A stretch of 58,880 nt of DNA from an uncultured Rickettsiales bacterium (GTDB taxonomy: Bacteria; Myxococcota_A; UBA796; UBA9615; CAYRNR01): positions 5,060 to 63,939 of the forward strand of contig CAZOYV010000005.1 in assembly GCA_964584075.1 (NCBI GenBank), given 5' to 3'. The notes below the pieces were generated by a model that did not search any database, had not been told where the DNA came from, and saw only the letters and a program-made list of their open reading frames with translations. This document shows, piece by piece, positions 40,228 to 49,365 of the stretch (the stretch's first letter is position 1; each line of letters starts with the position of its first letter). A program made the translations under genes and the position numbers.

Positions 40228-40815
40228 TCACCCGCGCTCGGCGTTCCCCTCGCCCTTCGTGTTGAATCGGTTCATGGCCGCCTCGATCCCCTCGGCGAGG
40301 ATCGCCTCGACGGCATCCGACGCGCGGTCCACCGACGCACGCGCCGCGTTCTGCTCGTCCGGACGGAACTTGTGCAGGACCCACTCGGCGGGATCCTCGG
40401 GGCCGTCCGGGCGCCCGATGCCGATCCGGACCCGGGCGAATCCCGGGTCCCCCAGCGCGGCGCGCACGTCGCGGATCCCGTTGTGGCCCCCGTGCCCGCC
40501 GCCGACCTTGAGCTTGACGCGTCCGAGGTCGAGGTCCAGGTCGTCGTGGATCACGATCACCCGGTCCGCGGGGACCTTGTGCCATCCCGCCATCACCCCC
40601 ACCGACTGGCCGCTGCGGTTCATGTACGTCTGCGGCTTGGACAGCAGCACCGAGCTGTGGGCGATGCTGCCCTTGCCGTAGAGCGCCTTGAACCGCTTGA
40701 GGCCCAGCTCGATCCCGTGCCGCCGCGCGAGCTCGTCCGCCACCTGGAAGCCCAGGTTGTGGCGGGTCCCGCGATAGCGCGCGCCCGGGTTGCCGAGCCC
40801 CACGACCAGGTGCAT
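40228..40815 (-). CDS. pth: Peptidyl-tRNA hydrolase
   Basis: VGLGNPG, TRHNLGF, KPQTYMNRSG, HDDLDL, GGHNG, RVRIGIGRP. Confidence 0.97.
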   Translation of the reverse strand: MHLVVGLGNPGARYRGTRHNLGFQVADELARRHGIELGLKRFKALYGKGSIAHSSVLLSKPQTYMNRSGQSVGVMAGWHKVPADRVIVIHDDLDLDLGRVKLKVGGGHGGHNGIRDVRAALGDPGFARVRIGIGRPDGPEDPAEWVLHKFRPDEQNAARASVDRASDAVEAILAEGIEAAMNRFNTKGEGNAERG

Positions 40816-40827
40816 CGGTGGGGTCTC

Positions 40828-41514
40828 CTACTCGTCTCCGCCGCCGGCGTCGCCGCCCTCGGCGGCCTCGCCCTCTTCGCCCTCGGCGCCTTCGCCCTCC
40901 TCGCCCTCGGCGGCCTCGCCGTCGAACATGGCGGCCTCCTCGGCCAGGGCCTTGGCGCCCTTGGCGGCGACTCCCAGCACCGGGAAGCGCTGGTCGTAGA
41001 CCGCCTCGACGCCCTCGGGCAGCGCGATCTCGTTGATGTAGACCTTGTGGCCGACATCGAACTCGGTGATGTCGATCACCACCGCCTCGGGGATCGCCGA
41101 GGGCAGGCAGCGCACCGTGATCGAGCGCCGCATCTGGTTGAGCACGCCGCCGGCCTGGACGCCGATCGAGCGGCCCTCGGTGAACACGTTGACCGTCACG
41201 GTCACCGGCTTGTCGGGGTCGACGACCAGGAAGTCGACGTGGAGCAGCCGCCGCGACACGGGGTGCCGCTGCAGCTCCTTGATCATCACCAGCCGCGAGC
41301 CGGCCAGGCCGTCCACGGTCAGCTCGACGGGGGTGTTGAGCTTCAGCGGCAGCCGGCGGAGCTGTTCGATCGCGTCGGGGTCGACCGACAGCGCGGTGGC
41401 CTCCTGCGTCGCTCCGTAGAGCACCGCCGGGATCATCCCGTCTCGCCGCAGCTGGCGGGCGACCCCCTTGCCGGTGCTGGTCCGGATCTCGGCCGAGATC
41501 TCCTGCGTATGCAT
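40828..41514 (-). CDS. rplY: 50S ribosomal protein L25/Ctc
   Basis: GKGVARQLRRDGMIPAVLYG, QRHPV, LHVDF, acidic tail; ATG at 41514 after GGAGG. Confidence 0.95.
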   Translation of the reverse strand: MHTQEISAEIRTSTGKGVARQLRRDGMIPAVLYGATQEATALSVDPDAIEQLRRLPLKLNTPVELTVDGLAGSRLVMIKELQRHPVSRRLLHVDFLVVDPDKPVTVTVNVFTEGRSIGVQAGGVLNQMRRSITVRCLPSAIPEAVVIDITEFDVGHKVYINEIALPEGVEAVYDQRFPVLGVAAKGAKALAEEAAMFDGEAAEGEEGEGAEGEEGEAAEGGDAGGGDE

Positions 41515-41674
41515 GGTCCTGTAGCCTCCAGCGGGACCCACACGATCCCGCGCTGAGCCCGGGGAGGACGGGGCGATCCCCGCCGCACCGGGCAAACCGA
41601 ATCCTGGTTGTGCGAGGAGAGCGAGCTCTCCTCCCATTTCCGCCGCTCGAGGCGGCGTCACCGGGGTGCGCGGC

Positions 41675-42622
41675 CTACTCGAAGAGGGAGGAGACGGACT
41701 CGCTGTTGTGAATCCGTCGCACCGCCTCGGCCAGCGTCTGGGCTGCGGACACGACCTTGATCTTCTTGCACTTCTTCGCGTCGTCCCGCAGCGGGATGGA
41801 GTCCGAGACGATCAACCGGTCGATCTTCGACGCCTGGATACGCTCGATGGCCGGGCCGCTGAGCACCGGATGGGTGCAACAGGCGAACACCTTCTTGGCC
41901 TTGCGCTCCTTGAGGGCCTCCGACGCCAGGGTCAACGTCCCTGCCGTGTCGACCATGTCGTCGAGCAGGACGGCGATCTTTCCCGCGACATCCCCGATGA
42001 TTCTCATCTCCCCGACCACGTTCGGGGCGTCCCGCCGCTTGTCGATCACGGCGAGGTCACTTTCCAGTCTCTTGGCATAGGCCCGCGCCCGCTCGACGCC
42101 GCCGGCGTCGGGGGACACGAACACGCTGTTGCCCTCCTCCACTATCGCGGTGATCGTGGGCCACACCGCCTGCTGGAAGAAGAGGTGATCCACGGGGATG
42201 TCGAAGAACCCCTGGATCTGGCCCGCGTGCAGGTCCATGGTCAGCACGCGCGAGCAGCCCGCGGCCTCGAGCAGGTCGGCGACCAGCTTCGAGGAGATGG
42301 GCGTCCGCGGCGCGATCTTGCGGTCCTGGCGCGCGTAGCCGAAGTACGGCAGCACCACCGTCAACCGACCTGCCGAGGCACGCTTGACCGCATCCATGAT
42401 GATCAGCGTCTCCATCAGGTTCTCGTTGACGGGGGTACAGGTGGACTGGACGAGGAACACGTCGCGACCGCGGATGTTCTCCTCGATCTCGACGAAGATC
42501 TCCCCGTCGCTGAAGCGCTTGACGGTCATCGCCGAGATGTGGACGCCGAGGTAGCGCGCCATCTTCGTGGCGAAGTCGGGGTTGGAGTTGCCGGTCAGGA
42601 TCGTCAATCCGTTGGCGCGCAT
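41675..42622 (-). CDS. prs: Ribose-phosphate pyrophosphokinase
   Basis: FSDGEI, PYFGYARQDRK, DLHAGQIQGFF, SPDAGGVERA, DDMVDTAGTL. Confidence 0.98.
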   Translation of the reverse strand: MRANGLTILTGNSNPDFATKMARYLGVHISAMTVKRFSDGEIFVEIEENIRGRDVFLVQSTCTPVNENLMETLIIMDAVKRASAGRLTVVLPYFGYARQDRKIAPRTPISSKLVADLLEAAGCSRVLTMDLHAGQIQGFFDIPVDHLFFQQAVWPTITAIVEEGNSVFVSPDAGGVERARAYAKRLESDLAVIDKRRDAPNVVGEMRIIGDVAGKIAVLLDDMVDTAGTLTLASEALKERKAKKVFACCTHPVLSGPAIERIQASKIDRLIVSDSIPLRDDAKKCKKIKVVSAAQTLAEAVRRIHNSESVSSLFE

Positions 42623-42665
42623 CGTGCTCCTCCTACCCCGGACCGCGTCCGCGTTCCGTGTCACT

Positions 42666-42740
42666 TGGTTGGGGCGGCAGGATTCGAACCTGCGAATGCG
42701 GGTTCCAAAGACCCGTGCCTTACCGCTTGGCCACGCCCCA
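42666..42740 (-). tRNA. tRNA-Gln (anticodon TTG), CCA encoded
   Basis: TGGGGCGTGGCCAAGCGGTAAGGCACGGGTCTTTGGAACCCGCATTCGCAGGTTCGAATCCTGCCGCCCCAACCA folds as a cloverleaf; usual position upstream of prs. Confidence 0.97.
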
Positions 42741-42798
42741 CCACAGGGCTTCCTGCCGGGGCGCGTCGACCATCGACACACCCGTCCCGCGGGCGCGG

Positions 42799-42827
42799 AA
42801 GCTAACAGACGGAGGCAGGGGCGTCAA
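42799..42827 (-). promoter_or_regulatory. Putative sigma70 promoter of the tRNA-Gln-prs operon
   Basis: Minus strand TTGACG-17 nt-TAGCTT followed by a GC-rich discriminator. Confidence 0.6.
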
Positions 42828-42828
42828 T

Positions 42829-43992
42829 CTACCTCTGCACCTTGAGCTTCTTGACGGCGTCGTTGAGCCCGTCGATCGTCAGCGGGTACATGTCGAACAG
42901 CTGCCCGATGGCTCGGATCGTCGGGTGGTTCCAGTAGCGCTCGGGCTCGGGGTTGAGCCACACGCGGTGGGTGAAGTGCCGGCGGATCCGGCGCAGCCAC
43001 TCGATGCCCGGCGTGCGGTTGTGCTCGTAGTAGTAGATCGCGCCCCCGGCGGCGGTCAGCTCCCACGGCGCCATGCACGCGTCGCCCACCAGGATCACCT
43101 TGGTGTCGGGCGGGTACTTGCGCAGCAGCGCCTCGGTCTCGAAGCGGCGGCTGTTGTAGATGTCCCGGTAGACGTTCCCGTACACGCAGTTGTGGAAGTA
43201 GTAGTAGTGGAACTGCTTGAAGTGGCTCGACTCGTGGGCCGCCGTGAACAGCTGGCTGACCAGCTGGGCGTACGGCGACATCGAGCCGCCGGCGTCCATC
43301 AGCAGCAGCAGCCGCACCCGGTTGCGGCGATCGGGGCGCATCACCAGCTCGATCTCGCCGGCGTTGCGGCACGTCTCGTCGATGGTCTCGTCGAGGTCGA
43401 GGATCTCGTCGCCCTCGCGGGCCAGCCGCCGCAGCCCCTTGAGCGCGACCTTGAACTGGCGCACGTCCAGCGTCACGTCGGTGCGGTAGTTGCGGAACCG
43501 CCGCGCCTCGGCGACCTGGACCGCCGAGCGGCCGCCGCCCTCGCCGAGGCGGACCCCGGTGGGGTGCTGGCCGCCGCTGCCGAACGGGCTCGTGCCGCCG
43601 GTGCCGATGAAGCGGTTGCCGCCGTCGTGGCGCTCGCGCTGCCTGCGCAGCATCTCCTCGAACTTGGCGCGCAGCTCCTCCATCGTCAGGCCGGTCAGCG
43701 CCTTGATCGCCTCGGGCGAGAGGCCCTCGAACGCCTTGGGGTCCTTCAGCCACTCGTGGATCTGCTCGGTGATCTCGACGGGGGTCTCGATGCCCTTGAA
43801 GACCTGCAGGAAGGACTGGTCGTAGGCGTCGTAGTGGCTCTCGCTCTTGACCAGCACCGCGCGGCCGACGCTGTACAGCGAGTCCAGGTCGTGGACCAGC
43901 CCGCGGTCCAGCGCGTCGTGGAACGTCAGCAGCTCGGTGAGGCTGCAGGGGACGCCCCGGGAGCGCAGATCGATGAACAGCTCGAGGAACAT
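42829..43992 (-). CDS. VWA-domain CoxE-like protein
   Basis: IGTGGTSPFG, LDVRQFKVAL, LDETIDET, MDAGGSM, YFHNCVY, VGDACMAPWEL, WLNPEP. Confidence 0.9.
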   Translation of the reverse strand: MFLELFIDLRSRGVPCSLTELLTFHDALDRGLVHDLDSLYSVGRAVLVKSESHYDAYDQSFLQVFKGIETPVEITEQIHEWLKDPKAFEGLSPEAIKALTGLTMEELRAKFEEMLRRQRERHDGGNRFIGTGGTSPFGSGGQHPTGVRLGEGGGRSAVQVAEARRFRNYRTDVTLDVRQFKVALKGLRRLAREGDEILDLDETIDETCRNAGEIELVMRPDRRNRVRLLLLMDAGGSMSPYAQLVSQLFTAAHESSHFKQFHYYYFHNCVYGNVYRDIYNSRRFETEALLRKYPPDTKVILVGDACMAPWELTAAGGAIYYYEHNRTPGIEWLRRIRRHFTHRVWLNPEPERYWNHPTIRAIGQLFDMYPLTIDGLNDAVKKLKVQR

Positions 43993-44002
43993 CGCGCGGG
44001 TC

Positions 44003-44839
44003 CTACCTCACCCTCCCCTGGACCTTGCGCAGCAGCGTGTCCTGGTCCTGCTCCTGCTTGATCAGGGCGCCGAGGAACGGCAGCGAGCGGGCCACCTCGT
44101 TGGGCGACACCCCGCTGCGCATCAGCACGTAGAGCCAGTCGATCAGCTCCGAGGTGGACGGCTTCTTGCGCAGCCCCGGCACCTCGCGGACCTGGTAGAA
44201 GCGCTTGATGCAGGCCTCGAGCAGGTTGCGCTCCACGTCCGGGTAGTGGACCCGCACGATGCGCTCCATCAGCTCGGGGTCGGGGAACGCGATGTAGTGG
44301 AACACGCAGCGGCGCAGGAACGCGTCGGGCAGCTCCTTCTCGGCGTTGCTGGTGATGATCACGATCGGGCGGTGCCGGGCCGTGACCGTCTCGTTGACCT
44401 CGAAGACGTGGAACGCCATCTCGTCGAGCTCGCGGAGCAGGTCGTTGGGGAACTCCAGATCGGCCTTGTCGATCTCGTCGATCAGCACCACCACCTGCTC
44501 GTCGGCGGTGAACGCCTCGCCGAGCACGCCGTGCTTGATGTAGGTCCGGATGTCCCCCACGTCGCCGCCGCCGAAGCGGCTGTCGTTGAGCCGCTGGACG
44601 ACGTCGTAGGTGTACAGCCCCTCCACCGCCTTGGAGGTGGACTTGATGTGCCAGGTCAGCAGCGTCTTGCCCAGCCCCTCGGCCACGGCGTGGGCCAGCA
44701 ACGTCTTGCCGGTGCCGGGCTCGCCCTTGACCAGCAGGGGACGCCGCAGCGCCACCGCGGCGTTGACGTCGGCCTGCAGGGAGTCGTCGGCGATGTACGA
44801 CCGCGTCCCGAAGAATCGCTCGAACTGCTCGTCGCTCAC
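44003..44839 (-). CDS. MoxR-family AAA+ ATPase
   Basis: GEPGTGKT, LIDEIDKAD, ELPDAFLRRC, KKPSTSELIDW; GTG at 44839 after GGAGG. Confidence 0.93.
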   Translation of the reverse strand: MSDEQFERFFGTRSYIADDSLQADVNAAVALRRPLLVKGEPGTGKTLLAHAVAEGLGKTLLTWHIKSTSKAVEGLYTYDVVQRLNDSRFGGGDVGDIRTYIKHGVLGEAFTADEQVVVLIDEIDKADLEFPNDLLRELDEMAFHVFEVNETVTARHRPIVIITSNAEKELPDAFLRRCVFHYIAFPDPELMERIVRVHYPDVERNLLEACIKRFYQVREVPGLRKKPSTSELIDWLYVLMRSGVSPNEVARSLPFLGALIKQEQDQDTLLRKVQGRVR

Positions 44840-44930
44840 GGGTACCTCCGTGCCTACCCCTAGCACGTGAAGGGGGCTCATACCAGATAAGGATGAATGA
44901 CGATTCAGTCCAGCTCGCCGCGACCCGGCG

Positions 44931-45380
44931 CTACTCGGCGGGGACGGTGAACTCTTCCTCGAGCTCGTTGGACTCGTTGCCGGCGCGGTCCACGAGCTGG
45001 ACGCCGAACTGGTAGGTCTCGTCATGCTGGAAGCCGGTGTCGCCGCCGATGTCGCCGTAGACCAGCAGCGACCCGCTGGTGGCGTCCTGCTCGTCGCCGA
45101 GGCCGGCGGTGGCGCCCATCTGGCCGTCGACCCACAGCCAGATCTCGCCGTCCTGGATGTCGCCGTCGCCGTCGAGGAAGTCGAAGGCGAAGTTGAGCAT
45201 CTCGGCGGTCTCGCCGGTGGGCACGTCCACGTAGATGTCGAGGTTGCTGATCACCGGGGCCTCGTCGTCCCCCGCGTCGTCGTCCCCGGCGCTGTCGTCG
45301 TCGTCCGCGTCGGTGACGCATCCCGCGGCGCCCCACACCAGGGCGCCGACCAGCAACCAGATCCAGCTCGCCGTGCGCAT
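44931..45380 (-). CDS. Acidic lipoprotein with GDDD linker
   Basis: Lipobox AAGC, DDDDSAGDDDAGDDE linker, DGDGD motif, D.AGN.SN C-terminus. Confidence 0.7.
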   Translation of the reverse strand: MRTASWIWLLVGALVWGAAGCVTDADDDDSAGDDDAGDDEAPVISNLDIYVDVPTGETAEMLNFAFDFLDGDGDIQDGEIWLWVDGQMGATAGLGDEQDATSGSLLVYGDIGGDTGFQHDETYQFGVQLVDRAGNESNELEEEFTVPAE

Positions 45381-45474
45381 CGTCCGCCTCCAGGTGCCTC
45401 CCAGCATCGCACGCCAGGGCAGCAAGCGCCACGCCAGGTGGGGGGGCGGATCCGGGCACCCCCTCCCCCGCCGC

Positions 45475-46284
45475 TCAGCGCGCCTCGCCGCGCCACGTGA
45501 CCCAGGCGTCGACGACGACCTCGTGCTCGGCCTGCCCCGGGGCGCCGTCGGGCATCAGCCGCTGCTCCAGCCAGCCCACCGCCTCGGGGAACGCCGACGG
45601 CGCCGGGCGGTCCGCCCCGGGGGGCCGCAGCGGGCGGCGGATCAGCTCCACGGCGTGGGCCACGCCGCGGGCCTCGAGCACCGCGCGCAGGTCGTCCCAG
45701 TTGGTGGTCGGCAGCCGCCGCACGCCGCGCTCGCGGTTGAACCGGGACGAGAGCTTGCCGGGCCAGCGACCGGTCCGGACGTAGACCGCCACGCGGTGGC
45801 GGGCCGCGGCGGTCATCGCGTCGAGCACGCGGTCGATCCGGGGCATCCCGTACAGCGAGTGGGCGGCCAGCACCACGTCGTGGGTCTCGGCGCGCACGTC
45901 CTCCCAGCGCCCCGGGACGACCTCGACGAGCCGCCACAGCGCCGGCTCGGCGTCGAGCTTGGCGGCGAGCACGTCGCGCATCGGCGCCCGCGGCTCCACC
46001 GCCGTGACGGACACGCCGGCCCGCGCCGCGGGGATCGCCCACAGCCCGGTCCCGGCGCCGACGTCGAGCAGCGAACCCCCCGGCGGGACCAGCGCCAGCA
46101 GCGCGTCGAGGCGGTCCCCGGGGTAGCCCTCGAGCTGGAGGTGCAGGTCGTACTCCCGGGCCTGGCCCGCGGTGAACGTCCGCTTCTGCTCGGAGCCCTT
46201 GCGCGCCTCGACGCGCTCGCGCCAGGCCCGGACGGGGTCCGGTCCGTCGGGCGCGGTCGCCGGAGCGGTCTCGGGCGGACGCAC
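45475..46284 (-). CDS. Class I SAM-dependent methyltransferase
   Basis: LLDVGAGTG, VTAVEP, HDVVLAAHSLY. Confidence 0.85.
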   Translation of the reverse strand: MRPPETAPATAPDGPDPVRAWRERVEARKGSEQKRTFTAGQAREYDLHLQLEGYPGDRLDALLALVPPGGSLLDVGAGTGLWAIPAARAGVSVTAVEPRAPMRDVLAAKLDAEPALWRLVEVVPGRWEDVRAETHDVVLAAHSLYGMPRIDRVLDAMTAAARHRVAVYVRTGRWPGKLSSRFNRERGVRRLPTTNWDDLRAVLEARGVAHAVELIRRPLRPPGADRPAPSAFPEAVGWLEQRLMPDGAPGQAEHEVVVDAWVTWRGEAR

Positions 46285-46355
46285 AGGGGTTGCCTCCTCG
46301 CACGGGCCGGTGTGTAGGATAGCCCGTCCCCGGCGAGGGACAAGCGAGGGGCCCG

Positions 46356-47735
46356 ATGCTCGACCGCGCCACCGACCTGCTCGGCACCGTCTCCGGCTGG
46401 ATCTGGGGTGTGCCGATGCTGCTGCTGCTGGTCGGCACCGGGCTGTTCCTGACGATCCGCCTGGGCGGCGTCCAGTTCCGCGGGCTGCCCCACGCGCTGT
46501 ACATGGCGCTGATCGTCCGCCGCGAGAAGGGCGCCGCCGGCGACATCTCCCACTTCCAGGCGCTGATGACCGCCCTGGCCGCCACGGTCGGGACCGGCAA
46601 CATCGCCGGCGTCGCCACCGCCGTCGCGGCCGGCGGCCCGGGCGCGCTGTTCTGGATGTGGATCACCGGCCTGGTGGGGATGGCGACCAAGTACGGCGAG
46701 GCCGTCCTGGCGGTGAAGTACCGCACCACCGACGCCCAGGGGCGGATGTGCGGCGGCCCGATGTACTACCTCCGCGACGGGCTCGGGGCCGCGCCGCTGG
46801 GCTACCTGTTCGCGCTGTTCGCCGCCTTCGCCGCGTTCGGCATCGGCAACATGGTCCAGAGCAACTCGGTGGCCGACGCGGTGGACACCACGTTCGGCGT
46901 CCCCGGGTGGATCACCGGCGTGGTGCTGGCGGTGCTGACGGGCCTGGTGATCCTGTTCGGGATCAAGGGCATCGGCCGGGTCACCGGGGTCCTCGTCCCG
47001 GTGATGATCGTGCTGTACGTGACGGGCGCGTGCGTGCTGCTCGTGATCCACGCCGCCGAGCTGCCCGCCGCGCTGGCCCTGGTGTTCCGCCACGCGTTCT
47101 CGCCCACCGCGGCGGCCGGCGGGTTCGCCGGCGCGCTGGTCAAGGAGACGGTGCGGTTCGGCGTCGCCCGGGGCGTGTTCTCCAACGAGTCGGGGCTGGG
47201 CTCCTCGCCCATCGCCGCCGCCGCGGCCCAGACCAGCAACCCGGTCTCGCAGGCGCTGGTCTCGATGACCCAGACGTTCATCGACACCATCGTGGTGTGC
47301 ACGCTGACCGGGCTGGCGATCATCGTCACCGGCGCGTGGTCCAGCGGGATCGACGGCGCCCCGCTGACGCTCGAGGCGTTCAGCGACGGCCTCGGCTGGA
47401 GCTTCGCGCTCGCCGGCCAGGACTTCTCGGTGGGCGGGCTGGTGGTCACCGTCGGGCTGATCCTGTTCGCCTACTCCACGATCCTCGGCTGGTGCTACTA
47501 CGGCGAGAAGTCGGTGGAGTTCCTGGTCGGCTCGTGGGCCGTGATCCCCTACCGGGCGGTGTTCGTGGTCCTCGTCGCGGTGGGCGCGATGGTCCAGCTC
47601 AAGCTGGTGTGGAACTTCTCCGACTGCATGAACGGCCTGATGGCGTTCCCCAACCTGGTGGGGCTGCTGCTGCTCTCGGGGGTCATCGCGCGGGAGACCC
47701 GGCAGTACTTCGAGGCGCGGCGCAAGGGGTCCTAG
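46356..47735 (+). CDS. Sodium:alanine/glycine symporter (AGCS/AlsT family)
   Basis: [49 protein letters not shown]. Confidence 0.95.
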   Translation: MLDRATDLLGTVSGWIWGVPMLLLLVGTGLFLTIRLGGVQFRGLPHALYMALIVRREKGAAGDISHFQALMTALAATVGTGNIAGVATAVAAGGPGALFWMWITGLVGMATKYGEAVLAVKYRTTDAQGRMCGGPMYYLRDGLGAAPLGYLFALFAAFAAFGIGNMVQSNSVADAVDTTFGVPGWITGVVLAVLTGLVILFGIKGIGRVTGVLVPVMIVLYVTGACVLLVIHAAELPAALALVFRHAFSPTAAAGGFAGALVKETVRFGVARGVFSNESGLGSSPIAAAAAQTSNPVSQALVSMTQTFIDTIVVCTLTGLAIIVTGAWSSGIDGAPLTLEAFSDGLGWSFALAGQDFSVGGLVVTVGLILFAYSTILGWCYYGEKSVEFLVGSWAVIPYRAVFVVLVAVGAMVQLKLVWNFSDCMNGLMAFPNLVGLLLLSGVIARETRQYFEARRKGS

Positions 47736-47829
47736 AGCACCGATCGAGCAACCCACCCCGGGTCCGAGACCCACACGTCTCCGCCACGAGACGCCGGTAG
47801 ACTCGCGTCCGTGCCCTGTTCGGTGCCTA

Positions 47830-48504
47830 CTAGTAGACGTTCCCCTGCAGCAGCATGTTGCAGGGCAGCTGGCCCACGACCTCGTCGGGACCGATCACGT
47901 CCTCGCAGTCGTGCCCGTCGTACTCGGTGATCTCGTTGATCAGGTTGTAGCTGAACGCGTTGTTGCCCGTGAGGTTGCCGAACCCGCTGACCTCCTGCCG
48001 CAGGATGCAGTCCTTGCCGTGGCTGACGTCGAGGTCGAGCAGCAGGTCGCCGAACAGCAGCACGTCGCCCTGCTTCTCGCCGAGCAGCCACGTCATCCCG
48101 TCCAGCGAGAAGTCGGCGTGGACGGTGGCGACGCAGTCCTCGACGACCAGGGTGAAGTCGTCCTCGACGGTGACGTTGATCCCGTCGTGGGCGGACGTCC
48201 CGCACTCGTTGATCGGCACGTCGGTGATCGACACGTCGTAGGTGCCGTCGTCCAGGCAGTACTGGTACTCGTAGGTGTCGTCGTCCCCGGCGTCGTCGTC
48301 GAACATGTCGTCGTCGGCCGCGTCGTCGTCGGCCGCGTCGTCGTCGGCCGCGTCGTCGTCGGCCGCGTCGTCGTCCCCGCTGCCGTCGTCGTCCCCGCTG
48401 CCGTCGTCGTCCCCCTCCCAGTCGCGGTCGAACGAGGACAGGCAGCCCGGACCGGCGGCGATCCAGGCCAGGGTGAGCAGGGCGATCAGCGGGGTGCGCG
48501 GCAT
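47830..48504 (-). CDS. Acidic lipoprotein with tandem Asp-rich repeats
   Basis: GGAGG then ATG at 48504; lipobox GPGC; (GDDDGS)2(ADDDA)4 linker. Confidence 0.7.
   Translation of the reverse strand: MPRTPLIALLTLAWIAAGPGCLSSFDRDWEGDDDGSGDDDGSGDDDAADDDAADDDAADDDAADDDMFDDDAGDDDTYEYQYCLDDGTYDVSITDVPINECGTSAHDGINVTVEDDFTLVVEDCVATVHADFSLDGMTWLLGEKQGDVLLFGDLLLDLDVSHGKDCILRQEVSGFGNLTGNNAFSYNLINEITEYDGHDCEDVIGPDEVVGQLPCNMLLQGNVY
48307..48414. repeat. Coding tandem repeats: 4 x 15 bp plus 2 x 18 bp
   Basis: GTCGTCGTCGGCCGC x4 (48307-48366), then GTCGTCGTCCCCGCTGCC x2 (48367-48402) plus a partial copy. Confidence 0.9.
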
Positions 48505-48728
48505 GCCTCCTCCTCGGCGGCGGGCGACGATCGGACCCCGGAGCACCGCGGGTCCCGGCCATCACGATCCCATCCCTGCCCAGGATACACCAGGGCAACC
48601 TGCGACCCCGCCCCCCCCGGGGCGCCACGGTGTCACGGCACCCCCCCCGCGGAGTGCAGCGCTCGCGGTCCGGTCGTGGCAGCCGACCCGCTCGTCTCGT
48701 AGAGTACCGGCGCCAGCCCGGAGGAACG

Positions 48729-49310
48729 ATGAACTGCGCCGACTGCGAGGAGATGGACTGCTACCGCGGCAAGGACGACACCGTGATCGCCGAGGACGCC
48801 GCCCGGATCATCGCCGCCGACCCGGCGATCGCCGAGGCGCTGCGGGTCGCCGCGGGGATCGAGGCCGACGGCTACGGGGAGTGGATCCGCGTCGAGGAGG
48901 TGGCGCGCTACGCAGAGCGGATGGGATTTCGCCGCATCGGCCTGGCGTTCTGCATCGGGATGGCCGCCGAGGCCCGCGTGCTCCAGGCGTACTACAAGGC
49001 CAAGGGGTTCAAGGTCTACTCTTGTTGCTGCAAGCTCGGAGCGCTGTCCAAGGAGGCGCTGGGGATGAAGCGGCTGCACCCCGAGTGGGACGTGGAGGCC
49101 AGCTGCAACCCGGTGGGCCAGGCGCTGGAGCTCAACCGCTGCCGCACCGAGCTGAACCTGATCGTCGGGCTGTGCATCGGCCACGACATCCTGTTCACCC
49201 AGCACAGCGACGCACCGGTCAGCACGCTGGTGGTCAAGGACCGCGTGCTGGGGCACAACCCGGCCGCCGTGCTCCACACCGGCTACGGGCGCAGGCGCCT
49301 CGGCGTGTAG
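48729..49310 (+). CDS. DUF1847 Cys-rich metal-binding protein
   Basis: CADC, RVEE, IGLAFCIG, CCKLG, CNPVGQA, GLCIGHD, TLVVKDRVLGHNP. Confidence 0.9.
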   Translation: MNCADCEEMDCYRGKDDTVIAEDAARIIAADPAIAEALRVAAGIEADGYGEWIRVEEVARYAERMGFRRIGLAFCIGMAAEARVLQAYYKAKGFKVYSCCCKLGALSKEALGMKRLHPEWDVEASCNPVGQALELNRCRTELNLIVGLCIGHDILFTQHSDAPVSTLVVKDRVLGHNPAAVLHTGYGRRRLGV

Positions 49311-49365
49311 GAACCCTGCGTCCGCTGCGCGTGCAGCACCGATTCGTGTAGTCTGCTCCCCCGAG

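Noticed and set aside
46285-46355. Glycine riboswitch upstream of the alanine/glycine symporter
   Set aside because: The intergenic gap is only about 70 bp and lacks recognisable aptamer motifs.
47732-47833. CTAG-bounded weak inverted repeat (GCACCGA/TCGGTGC) between convergent genes
   Set aside because: Only 7 bp of pairing; could be chance in GC-rich DNA.
48307-48414. Possible CRISPR array
   Set aside because: Head-to-tail coding repeats with no spacers and no cas genes in the window.
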